Assembly: GCA_041687335.1 (NCBI GenBank)
Contig: JAWLCE010000020.1
Coordinates: 14,202 to 78,201 of the forward strand
Origin: Sumerlaeia bacterium
GTDB taxonomy: Bacteria > Sumerlaeota > Sumerlaeia > MVZB01
Direction: 5' to 3'
Length of the DNA stretch: 64,000 bases
In this document: in pieces, positions 1-8,796 of the stretch
Position numbering within the stretch: the first letter of the stretch is position 1
How the letters are laid out: the number at the start of each line of letters is the position of its first letter
Made by a program: the position numbers and the translations under genes
The notes under the pieces: model-generated
What the model was told of the DNA's origin: nothing
Seen by the model: only the letters and a program-made list of their open reading frames with translations
The model's database searches: none

Positions 1-254
1 CAGCAGCCCACGGCCGGCTAACCAGATGGGAAAAGCAAGGGCGCATTTGTTGTCGGGGGGGGAGAGCGGGGTTTGCCCAATGTGCGTAGGGCCAAAATCC
101 GGCCGGGGCAAAACAGCCTCGGAGGGGCGAATAGCTCCGGAGCCGCGGATGATGGCCTCATGCATATGGTCAAGCAGTCAGGCTCCGTTAGGAGCCAAAC
201 AACAGGAGCCACATCTCTCATGGGAGTTCCGATGAGCCCGGTTGGGCTCATAAC

Positions 255-294
255 AAAGAAAAAGGGGGGCCATGGGTTTGAACCCATGACCCCC
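255..294 (-). terminator. Rho-independent terminator downstream of 330..2156
   Basis: Near-perfect stem GGGG(G/T)CATGGGTT-tg-AACCCATG(A/G)CCCC at ~264-294, followed on the minus strand by TTTTTCTTT. Confidence 0.8.
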
Positions 295-329
295 AGGCAC
301 TCAGCCATCAGGACCGGTCGGTGTTCGTG

Positions 330-2156
330 TTAGAACGAAACCCGGCTGACCTTGATGCTGTGGAACGTCACCCGGCCCGTGTTGCCTCGCGGACCATTCG
401 GGTCAAGGATCGAGTCGTTCAGGATCTCGACCCGAGGCCGCCAACGCGGTGCTGCCGCGGTCGGACCCGCCAGCGGCGCGCTGTGCGAGTAGAAGAAGGC
501 GCCGTATTTCTGCGGCGTCCCCATCCGCGGGGCGCTGACGCCACGCGAACGACGGCTGAAGTCTGTGGCCTGAATGCCGACGTCCGGCACGTTCGGGACC
601 AACAGGTGGACCGTGGTCAACTCCGCGGTCGGCGTGTCCGCACCAACGCGGATCACGTCGGGCGGATTCGACTCGTCTGCGATGGTTGCCGTACTCATCT
701 CAACTTCGATGTAGTACAGCTGATCCGCCACCCACGCAATCGGGAAGTTATCCGCGATCGTCGAGGGGTTGGTGTAGTCGTAGACGTTGTCACCAGGAGT
801 CATCATCAACAGGGTGGGCCCATTCCACGAGGTGGCGCCGGTCGCCGTTCTCTGGCCAGCGATCATATTTCCACCGGAGAATGTGACCGTGCTGTTATTG
901 GTGATGTCCTCGACCCTGATCGAGCCAGGCTGCCCAGCCGTGCCGGTCAGGTTGCTCTGGTTGTAGAGCGTATCTTCAACCGTCATCGAGGCGAGGTCAT
1001 GGGCATAGACCTTGAGCGACTTCATACAGACGGTGCCGTTGTCGATGTCCGCATTGATGCCGCCCGGGGCGACATCGAGCACACGGAAGATCAGGCGCAT
1101 GTCCTTGGCTGCAGCGACGCCCGGCTGGAAGAAGCCGTAGGTCGTGTCAAGGAACTGAGGCGTCTGCATCTGGATCGGCATCATCCAGACCTCGAAGTTA
1201 TTACGCCCGAGGCCCGCGATCGGCGAGTTGGCCCCACCCTCGTTGTCGAGGAACAGGAACTCACCGTTGTACTCGTTCTGGCCCGCACCGGTCGTGCTGA
1301 AGTTGTCGTAGAGGAACGACCACAGCGGGGTGGTGAAGGCGGTGGTCTGGGTGGTGGTCACCGACAGGCGGGCCTGCCACACACGATTGGCCACCAGCTC
1401 AACATAACCATAGCCGGTGCGCCACTGGGCATCGGTTTGCTTGTTCGCCCCCGCGGCGATGGTCACGCAGAGACCGGACGCCGGGTTGCTCATCGAAGCG
1501 CCCGATCCCGTGTTTGTGCTGAGCGACTGGGTCCACCCATGGCCGGGGATGCCGAAGTCAGGAATATCGACGATCGGCGGAGCCGTCGGGATACCTTCGG
1601 CCGAGAAACGATCCAGCCCGCCATTGTCGGAGTAGACAATGAAGGACCGGCCTTCGAGCGAGACCGTGGTCCCGTCGGAGGCGAATAAGGTCACGACCTT
1701 ACCCGAATCCAGAATGCCCGCCGAGCCGGGGCTCGGATACGGACCGGAGCCACCGCCGACGGCCACGGGTGACCGCAGCTCGTCGCGGACGGTGATGGTC
1801 CGCGGGTTCTGATCAACGTCGAGCGGATCGAGATTGGTGACATCGATCCGGTTGCCTTGAGGCGGGTTGACAAGATCGCCGGTCGCCGGGTCGATCGGAT
1901 TAGCATTGTTAATCCGATACGTGCCAGCCTGGACGTGGTATGACCAGACGACACCACTGGCGGGTGTCTCATCATCCGTCACGTACGAGTTAAGATTTAA
2001 CACGTCCGGAAAGACGAAGATATTAGCCGCCGTGGCACCCTCGGCATTGCCGACGATGATGTCAGGGATTTCACTGATGGTCGGCGCAAGGGCCATGGCC
2101 TGAAGGCTCATGGCGAATACGACCGCCACCAGGGTTGCGCTGAACCCCTTCCTCAT
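330..2156 (-). CDS. Secreted beta-rich 608-aa hypothetical protein, candidate surface/S-layer-like protein
   Basis: Sec signal (MRKGFSATLVAVVFAMSLQAMA), RBS GAAGGAGAG 4 nt upstream, G/T/N/D-rich mature part, C-terminal Phe, own terminator; no recognised family. Confidence 0.75.
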   Translation of the reverse strand: MRKGFSATLVAVVFAMSLQAMALAPTISEIPDIIVGNAEGATAANIFVFPDVLNLNSYVTDDETPASGVVWSYHVQAGTYRINNANPIDPATGDLVNPPQGNRIDVTNLDPLDVDQNPRTITVRDELRSPVAVGGGSGPYPSPGSAGILDSGKVVTLFASDGTTVSLEGRSFIVYSDNGGLDRFSAEGIPTAPPIVDIPDFGIPGHGWTQSLSTNTGSGASMSNPASGLCVTIAAGANKQTDAQWRTGYGYVELVANRVWQARLSVTTTQTTAFTTPLWSFLYDNFSTTGAGQNEYNGEFLFLDNEGGANSPIAGLGRNNFEVWMMPIQMQTPQFLDTTYGFFQPGVAAAKDMRLIFRVLDVAPGGINADIDNGTVCMKSLKVYAHDLASMTVEDTLYNQSNLTGTAGQPGSIRVEDITNNSTVTFSGGNMIAGQRTATGATSWNGPTLLMMTPGDNVYDYTNPSTIADNFPIAWVADQLYYIEVEMSTATIADESNPPDVIRVGADTPTAELTTVHLLVPNVPDVGIQATDFSRRSRGVSAPRMGTPQKYGAFFYSHSAPLAGPTAAAPRWRPRVEILNDSILDPNGPRGNTGRVTFHSIKVSRVSF

Positions 2157-2180
2157 GCTGCTCTCCTTCGTACAGAATCA

Positions 2181-2207
2181 GATGCCTTAGTTACTTGATA
2201 AGGCATC
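2181..2207. promoter_or_regulatory. 5'-UTR hairpin/inverted repeat upstream of the secreted protein gene
   Basis: Perfect 9-bp inverted repeat GATGCCTTA-N9-TAAGGCATC, 25 nt upstream of the ATG. Confidence 0.45.
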
Positions 2208-2620
2208 GTTAAGAAAGCAAAAATATCGATTCGTGAGTGGCACAACCCTCTTTTCGCTCTGGTGACGTCGGCCTTGGCGGTCCCGGACCGGCAGTTTGAA
2301 CAGAAAATGACCCTTTTGAACGCTGAAATATTAGCTTGCCTGAGCCTTTATATTACCGCACCCCAGTGCTGTCAACCACAAAAATGGTTCTCGGCCGGCA
2401 AGCCGGCGCGGACCGCCGGATGTCTGATCGGCCGTGGGACGCTCTGGCCCGACTGCTGATCACTTCTGGCGACGGGGGCGTTACCCGCAGCTTCAAGCCC
2501 AAGGTTACAGGCTCCATCCTCGCGTGTTTCGATCGCCAACGCGATCCATTCCTGTCGGTTGGCAGGGGGTCAAGCATAGGCCGCCAAAAAACGAAGATCA
2601 ATGATTTTCGGAGCCTTGCG

Positions 2621-2657
2621 AAAAAAAATGTAAGCACCCCTGCGCACTGAGGGGCGC
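2621..2657 (-). terminator. Probable terminator of the tolB-pal-ubiA-modA-like operon
   Basis: Stem GCGCCCCT/AGGGGTGC immediately after the stop at 2657, then TTACATTTTTTTT on the minus strand. Confidence 0.55.
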
Positions 2658-3394
2658 TAATGAGCAATCCCCGCGCGGGCCAGTTTTTCCAGATAATTCC
2701 AGGCGCGCCGGCTCTCGCGCGGGAGACGCGGCGCGGCCAGAACGGCGCCGGCGAGGCTGGTCGGCATGTGGGGATAGGGGTCCAGCCGCGCCGCCAGGCG
2801 CCACCCCGGGGGCACAGCGCCAGCCGGCTCCTCGACCAGCGCCGCCGCCGCCGCCCGTCCCTCAGTCACCGCCGCCATCGCCGCCGCCGGACTCGGCGCG
2901 TGCAGCGGCCGGACCCGGTCCCACAGCCCCGCCGCCACCAACGCCTGGCGGGCCGTGGCTCCCTCGCGCGAGAGTTGGGCATCCTCGATGGCCAATGGGC
3001 CCGCCATCAGGAGCTGGGTCAAATCCCACGGCCGCGCCGCCTCGGGGGCCAGGATGATCACCTGCCGGCGCTCCAGTTCAAAACGCCACGGCGGCTCGGC
3101 CAGCCAATCCTGCTCGGCGGCCTGCTGCCACAGCTCGTCATCCGAAGTCAGCAACAGGTCGGCCGGCTCCGCGGCCGCCAGCAACCGGGCCAGCTCGAGG
3201 GGCGGCTCGATGCGCAGCTCGATGCGTGTGCCATCCATCTGTTCAAAGCGGGCGAGTCCCTCTCCCTTGATCAATGCCGCCGCCGCCGGGTCGACCAGCA
3301 CCACGAGTCGCGGCCACTGCTCGCGCTCGGGCAATGCGCAGCCGATCCAAACCAGCAACGGGATGAACAGCAGGGCGCGGAGGGGACGTTGCAT
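2657..3394 (-). CDS. ModA-like periplasmic binding-fold lipoprotein (degenerate)
   Basis: Lipobox VWIGC; PADLLLTSD and 'SREGATARQALVAAGLWDRV...AMAAVTEGRAAAAALV' follow the ModA/SBP_bac_11 pattern. Confidence 0.65.
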   Translation of the reverse strand: MQRPLRALLFIPLLVWIGCALPEREQWPRLVVLVDPAAAALIKGEGLARFEQMDGTRIELRIEPPLELARLLAAAEPADLLLTSDDELWQQAAEQDWLAEPPWRFELERRQVIILAPEAARPWDLTQLLMAGPLAIEDAQLSREGATARQALVAAGLWDRVRPLHAPSPAAAMAAVTEGRAAAAALVEEPAGAVPPGWRLAARLDPYPHMPTSLAGAVLAAPRLPRESRRAWNYLEKLARAGIAH

Positions 3395-3400
3395 GGCTGC

Positions 3401-4294
3401 TCACGCGCCCCCCATCAACAGCAGGTCCAGCATGGAGCCCAACAGGATCAGCACCCCCACCCAGCCGTTGATCGTAAAGAAGGCGAGGTTGAGGCGCGAC
3501 AGGTCGGAGGGGGCGACGATCGAGTGTTCCCAGGCCAGCAGCAGTCCCGCCGCGCCCACCGCCGCCAGATAAAAGCCGCCCAACGGGCTGATGGCGGCCA
3601 CGGCGGCCAGCGCGACGATCGCCGCGCCATGGCTGACGCGCGCCAGCAGCAGCGCCCGCCGCCGCCCCAACCGCGCCGGCAGCGAATGAAGCCCCATCCG
3701 CCGGTCGAATTCGTCATCCTGACAGGAGTAGATGATATCGAAACCCGCCACCCAGAGCAGCACACCCAGCCCCAGCAGCAGCGGCGGTCCCGCCAGCCCG
3801 CCACTGACGCCGATCCAGGCCCCCGCCGGCGCGATTCCGAGCGCCGCGCCGAGCCAGAAGTGCGACCAGCGCGTCCAGCGCTTGGTGGTGGAGTAGCCCA
3901 GCAGCACCGCCAGCGCCACCGGCGACAGCGCCAGGGCCAGCCAGTTGAGCATGCCCGCAGCCACGATGAAGAGCGCTGCCGCCGCCAGCATGAAGCCCCA
4001 CATGAAACGGCGCGAGAGCAGCCCGGACGCCAGCGGCCAATCGCGCGTGCGCGGGTTGAGGCGATCCAGCGGGGCGTCATGCAGGCGGTTGAAGGCCATC
4101 GCCGCCGTGCGCGCAGCCACGCAGGCAACGAGTATCCAGAAGAAGGTCCAGCCGCTCGGCCAGCCGCCCGCCGCCAGCAGCATCGCCACCAGCGCAAAGG
4201 GCAGGGCAAAGATGCTGTGCGAGAAGCGGATGGCGCGCAAGGCCAGCGCCAACTGACGCGCCGGGCGGGCGGCGGCGGATGAGTTGGGTATCAA
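3401..4294 (-). CDS. ubiA: UbiA-family prenyltransferase, MqnP-like (futalosine menaquinone pathway)
   Basis: 'IRFSHSIFALPFA', 'ARTAAMAFNRLHDAPLDRLNPRT', 'WVAGFDIIYSCQDDEFD', 'AFFTING'. Confidence 0.9.
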   Translation of the reverse strand: MIPNSSAAARPARQLALALRAIRFSHSIFALPFALVAMLLAAGGWPSGWTFFWILVACVAARTAAMAFNRLHDAPLDRLNPRTRDWPLASGLLSRRFMWGFMLAAAALFIVAAGMLNWLALALSPVALAVLLGYSTTKRWTRWSHFWLGAALGIAPAGAWIGVSGGLAGPPLLLGLGVLLWVAGFDIIYSCQDDEFDRRMGLHSLPARLGRRRALLLARVSHGAAIVALAAVAAISPLGGFYLAAVGAAGLLLAWEHSIVAPSDLSRLNLAFFTINGWVGVLILLGSMLDLLLMGGA

Positions 4295-4947
4295 GGCTCG
4301 GACTCCGGCGGCGACTGGGGCTCGGCCGAAACCTCAGCCGGCTCGTCGCGACCGGCGGGGGCCATGAAGCCCATCAGCTCGACGCGATTGCCCAGCTCGC
4401 CGCTGCCGGCGCCGGCGGCGCCAAAGCTGATCGGATAGAGCCGGCGCCGCGCCAGCCCATGGCCGACCAAGAAATCCTCGACCGCCAGGGCGCGCGCCAT
4501 CGCCAGGTTATAGCCGAAATCCAGACCGTGGGCGGTGTCGGCGTGGCCCATGAGAGTGAGCCAGACACGGTTGTTTTCGCCAAGCCAGCGGGCATATTCG
4601 GTCAGCCGGCGGCGGGCGGCCCCGTTGAGCTCGGCGCTGGCCTCATCGAAATAAACGGGCTCAAAGGTGCGGCCGACCAGCATGCGCGCGCCTTCGCCGA
4701 GGGCGGCGGGGTTGGCGGGGCGGGTCAGGCCAGACTCGCCGGCGGGGGCGGCCTCGGCGGCCGGAGGGGCGGGGGTGGGCGTTGGCGCGGGCGGCTGGGG
4801 GCGGGCCGCCGGACGCCGCGCCGGTGGGGGCGCCGCCCTCTCGGTGACCGCGGCGCCCCGCTGACAGCCGGGCGTCAGCGCCGCAGCCAGCAACACGCCC
4901 AGGCTGCCAGCCGCCGCGAGCCACTGGATGGCGCCGCCCCTGATCAT
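4291..4947 (-). CDS. pal: OmpA/Pal-family peptidoglycan-associated lipoprotein
   Basis: Lipobox LTPGC, Pro-rich linker, 'PVYFDEASAEL...GHAD...LAMARALAVEDFLVGHG'; directly downstream of tolB. Confidence 0.75.
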   Translation of the reverse strand: MIRGGAIQWLAAAGSLGVLLAAALTPGCQRGAAVTERAAPPPARRPAARPQPPAPTPTPAPPAAEAAPAGESGLTRPANPAALGEGARMLVGRTFEPVYFDEASAELNGAARRRLTEYARWLGENNRVWLTLMGHADTAHGLDFGYNLAMARALAVEDFLVGHGLARRRLYPISFGAAGAGSGELGNRVELMGFMAPAGRDEPAEVSAEPQSPPESEP

Positions 4948-4948
4948 G

Positions 4949-6287
4949 TTAATCCGCCTGTGGCCGGGCCGGCGACCAGGCGGGCGACTGTGCTCCGAAG
5001 CGGGTATTGGTCAGCTGGCGCAGGTTGCTGCCGTCAATGAACACCGAGTAGACCTGGCGGGTGTCGGTGCGATCGGAGCAGAAGGCCAAGAGCATGCTGT
5101 TGGGCGCCCAGGTGGGGTCCTCGCCCTGCGTCAGCATGCGCTCCTCGGTGCCGTCGGGCCGGATCAGGTAGATGCTGAACTCGCCGCCCGAGCGGCGGTG
5201 ATAGGCGATCCAGCGACCATCGGGCGACCAGGAGGGCGCATCATTATAGGTGCCGTTGAAGGTCAGCCGGCGCTCCTGACGCGTGCGCACGTCCATGATG
5301 TAGACCTGCGGGGAGCCGGTGCGATCGCTCTGGTAGACCAACTGGCTGCCGTCGGGTGACCATTCGGGTGAGGAATCGATTGAGCGGTTGTTGGTCAGGC
5401 GCTGCATGTCGCTGCCATCCCGGCCGAGGGTGTAGAGTTCGGAATTGCCGTCGCGCGAGAGCGTCAGCGCGATCCGCTCATTGGTCTCGGACCAGCTCGG
5501 CGAGATGTTGAGCCCGCCCTGGCGCGAGATCCACCAGGTGCGCCGGTCCGACAGCCGCATGCCGATCAGGTCGGGATTGTAGTCGCGATAGGTGGTGAAG
5601 TAGACCTCTGTGCCGCGCGCGCCCCAGGTGGGCGTGGCGGTCAATTCGCCGGGCCCGGTCAGGGTGGTCAGGTTCTGGCCGTCGGCATCGATCAGCGAGA
5701 CCTGCTTGCTGCGCCCCATCGGTTCGCTTTGTTGAATGAACATGATGCGGGTATCGGCGACGCCGGGGTAGCCGGTGATCTGCTGAATGATGTCGTTGCT
5801 GATGCGGTGGGCCAGTCGGCGGGCGTCTTCGAGCTTATAGCCGGTGTATTGCCGCCCCAGCATGCTACGCTGGCCGACCGTATCGTAGAGGCGCACCTCG
5901 GCCTCGATGTCATTGGTGACCGGATTGACCGTATAGTTGCCCTTGACCAGGTGGGTCGCGCCGATGCGATACCACTCGGCGAACTGGATGGCGTTGCGGG
6001 CCAGGTCCAGCCGGTGGGTCTGCTCGGCGAAGGCCGCGTTGCGCGGGGGCTGGAAGAAGCCCGACAGCTCCAGGTCGTTCATGATGACGACCTGAAAGAG
6101 CTCCTCGTTGAGGCGCGCCCCGCGGGCCTCGAAGGGGGTCACGGCGATTGTAATCAGCTCACGCGTCGGAGCGCTCACAATCCCGATATCAATCGGCTGG
6201 GCGGTGGCGGGCGCGATGGTCGCCAGCACCAGCAGGCAGGCCAGCAGCATCCCCTGGCGGGAGATCGGCATAAACAAACGGCTCATC
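4949..6287 (-). CDS. tolB: Tol-Pal system beta-propeller protein TolB
   Basis: TolB_N ('IMNDLELSGFF', 'RRLAHRISNDI') plus PD40 repeats (SPSWS, SPEWSPDG, APSWSPDG); ORF opens at 6376, likely start 6287 before the signal peptide. Confidence 0.92.
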
Positions 6288-6639
6288 TTGGTAGGTCGGC
6301 TCCTGTCGGAATCATCGCCGCCCCGGCGCGCCGGTCGGCGGCGCGGGGGGGGACGGTTCGTCTTCATCGTCGCCAATCGGATGACTGTCGCGCAAGCGGT
6401 ATTACATCAACTTCAGGCGAGAAACGGCGTCATGCGCGGCCTGCCCCGGCGGCGAAGGCACAGCGAATCAATCATACCCTGCCCCGCGCCTCGCGTCGAA
6501 CCTTGTTAACCCAGACCCCGCCCGCTCCCGGCCGGTTTGGCCAAGTTTTCCCGATCACCGGCCGGCGGCATCAGGGTTTCCAATCGAGTGGGCGATCTGA
6601 TAGAGTATCAGGTCATATTTAGTTCCGGCGGTCGCACCA

Positions 6640-7620
6640 ATGCCCCCAGCCCCACCGCAATCGCGCGCCACACTCGCCTTCGTGACGGTCAGTCTGGCCT
6701 GGGGGACGACCTATGCCGGCAACCGGGTCGCGGTGCAGGCGATCCCGCCCTTTGCGCTGGCGGGGATGCGCTTCGCCATCGCCGGCGCGGTGATGATGCT
6801 GGTGCTGCGCGCGGTGGGCATCAAGTTCCCGGCCCTGCGCGACTGGCCGCGGCTGGCGCTGATCGGCACGCTGCTGCTGGCGGTGGCCAACGCCCTGATG
6901 GCCTGGGCGCTGCAATACATTCCGACGGTGATGGTGGCCCTGCTGATCAACGTCGGCCCGCTGATGTATGTCGGGCTGCAATCGGCGCTGGGCGAGCGCG
7001 TGCCACGCGGGGCATGGGCGGGGTTGGGGATCGGCTTCAGCGGGGTGCTGATTCTGATCGCCCCCAGCCTGCTGGCGCTGGAGGGCGCCATTGCCCCGGC
7101 CGACAACCCGATGACCTGGCTGGCGATGGGGGCGCTGATCGTGGGGCCGTTCTCGTGGACGGTGGGTGCGATCTATGCCTCGCGGCGGCCGGTGGGCTGC
7201 CACCACCTGATGAGCGCCGGCGCACAGAGCCTGGTGGGCGGCGTGGTGGCCTTCGTTTTTGCGCTCATGACCGGGGAACTCTGGCGCATCGACCTCTCTC
7301 ACCCGCAGATGACCGAGGCGCTGTGGGCGGTGGTCTGGCTGATCGTCGTCGGCTCGTGGCTCGGTTACGTGGCCTACATGTATTGTGTCATGCACCTGAG
7401 CTCGCCGCGCGTGGCGATCACCACCTATATCAATAACGTGGTGGCGCTGGCCGTGGGCTGGCTGGTGCTGGGCGAGCGGCTGAGCCTGCCGATGCTGCTC
7501 GGCGGCGCGGTGCTGGTCTCGGGGGTCTGGATCGTGCGCCATCACACGCTGGGGGCGGTCGACGGCCGCCCGATCCGTCCGGCGGCCTTTGCCGGGGAGC
7601 CGCAAGAGGACGCAAAATGA
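6640..7620 (+). CDS. EamA/DMT-family transporter
   Basis: 'WGTTY', 'PPFALAGMRF', 'GSWLGYVAY', 'YINNVVALAVGWLVLGE'; about 10 TM helices. Confidence 0.9.
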   Translation: MPPAPPQSRATLAFVTVSLAWGTTYAGNRVAVQAIPPFALAGMRFAIAGAVMMLVLRAVGIKFPALRDWPRLALIGTLLLAVANALMAWALQYIPTVMVALLINVGPLMYVGLQSALGERVPRGAWAGLGIGFSGVLILIAPSLLALEGAIAPADNPMTWLAMGALIVGPFSWTVGAIYASRRPVGCHHLMSAGAQSLVGGVVAFVFALMTGELWRIDLSHPQMTEALWAVVWLIVVGSWLGYVAYMYCVMHLSSPRVAITTYINNVVALAVGWLVLGERLSLPMLLGGAVLVSGVWIVRHHTLGAVDGRPIRPAAFAGEPQEDAK

Positions 7621-7713
7621 TCGGCCGGCCGGCGCGGATGCGATGGAATCCGGCGCAGGGGTCTGATAAAATTGAATGGGGAGCCGTCACGGCGAATCGA
7701 AGGAGTGCCCACC

Positions 7714-8679
7714 ATGCCCGCACTTGAACATATCCTGCACGCGCCGATCGAGCCGGGCCTGGACCTGGTCGCCGAGATCGCGCGGCTCAAGCGCGAGCTG
7801 AATGCCGTCATCCTCGCCCACTATTATCAGGAGCCGGCGATCCAGGACGCGGCCGACCACGTCGGCGACTCGCTGGCGCTGGCGCAGGATGCCGAGAAGA
7901 CCGACGCCGAGGTGATCGTCTTTGCCGGCGTCCACTTCATGGCCGAGACGGCAAAGATCCTCAACCCGGACAAGCTGGTGCTGATGCCTGATGCCGAGGC
8001 CGGCTGCTCGCTGGCGGACGCCTGTCCGCCCGAGGCCTTCGCCGAGTTCAAGGCGGCCCACCCCGACCACCTGGTCGTCTCCTACATCAACTGCTCGGCG
8101 GGGATCAAGGCGCTCAGCGACGTCATCGTGACCTCGAGCAACGCCGAGAAGATCGTGCGCGCGCTGCCGGCGGACCGGCCGATCATCTTCGCGCCCGACA
8201 AGAACCTGGGGCGCTATCTGGCGCAAAAAATCGGCCGCGAGATGGTGCTGTGGGACGGCTCGTGCATCGTCCACGAGCTGTTCAGCGAGCGGCGCATCGT
8301 TCAGCTGAAGGCGATCCACCCGGGGGCGCTCGTGCTGGCCCACCCCGAGTGCGAGGAGCCGGTGCTGCGCCACGCCGACTTCATCGGCTCCACGGCCGCA
8401 ATCCGCAAGTTTGCGCGCGAGACGGCGGCGCGCGAGCTGATCATCGCCACCGAGCCCGGCATCCTGCACCCGATGAAGCAGGACAGCCCCGACAAGGTCT
8501 TCATCCCCGCCCCGCCGGCCAACGCCTGCGCCTGCAACGAATGCCCGCACATGAAGCGCAATACGCTGGAGAAGCTCTACCTGTGCATGCGCGACCGGCG
8601 GCCGGCGCTCGAAATGGACGAAGAGCTGCGCCGCGCGGCCCTGCGCCCGATCCGGCGAATGCTGGAGATGAGCGCCTGA
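7714..8679 (+). CDS. nadA: Quinolinate synthase A
   Basis: 'ILAHYYQ', '[12 protein letters not shown]', 'GCSLA', 'YINCSA', 'HPEC', 'CPHMK'; AAGGAG RBS favours ATG 7714 over 7672. Confidence 0.97.
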   Translation: MPALEHILHAPIEPGLDLVAEIARLKRELNAVILAHYYQEPAIQDAADHVGDSLALAQDAEKTDAEVIVFAGVHFMAETAKILNPDKLVLMPDAEAGCSLADACPPEAFAEFKAAHPDHLVVSYINCSAGIKALSDVIVTSSNAEKIVRALPADRPIIFAPDKNLGRYLAQKIGREMVLWDGSCIVHELFSERRIVQLKAIHPGALVLAHPECEEPVLRHADFIGSTAAIRKFARETAARELIIATEPGILHPMKQDSPDKVFIPAPPANACACNECPHMKRNTLEKLYLCMRDRRPALEMDEELRRAALRPIRRMLEMSA

Positions 8680-8703
8680 TCGGCGGGGATAGATATTCGG
8701 ATC

Positions 8704-8768
8704 TCTCACAAAGTCACCAAGACACCAAGGGACACAAAGCTACTTCGTGCCTTGGTGGCTTTGTGAGA
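8704..8768. repeat. Palindromic intergenic repeat, copy 1
   Basis: Arms TCTCACAAAGTCACCAAG ... CTTGGTGGCTTTGTGAGA; near-identical to 11466..11532. Confidence 0.9.
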
Positions 8769-8796
8769 TGACTTGTTCCGGCCCTAAGATAGATTT

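Noticed and set aside
321-1688. 455-aa plus-strand ORF, plus other long antisense ORFs (2660..4282, 7687..8709, 34042..36087, 52543..53703, 58629..61274)
   Set aside because: Shadow frames of well-supported opposite-strand genes in high-GC DNA; Arg/Gly/Ala-rich and without motifs
2657-3394. Functional molybdate ABC system (modA)
   Set aside because: No modB/modC in the window and the anion-binding segments appear degenerate; kept only as ModA-like
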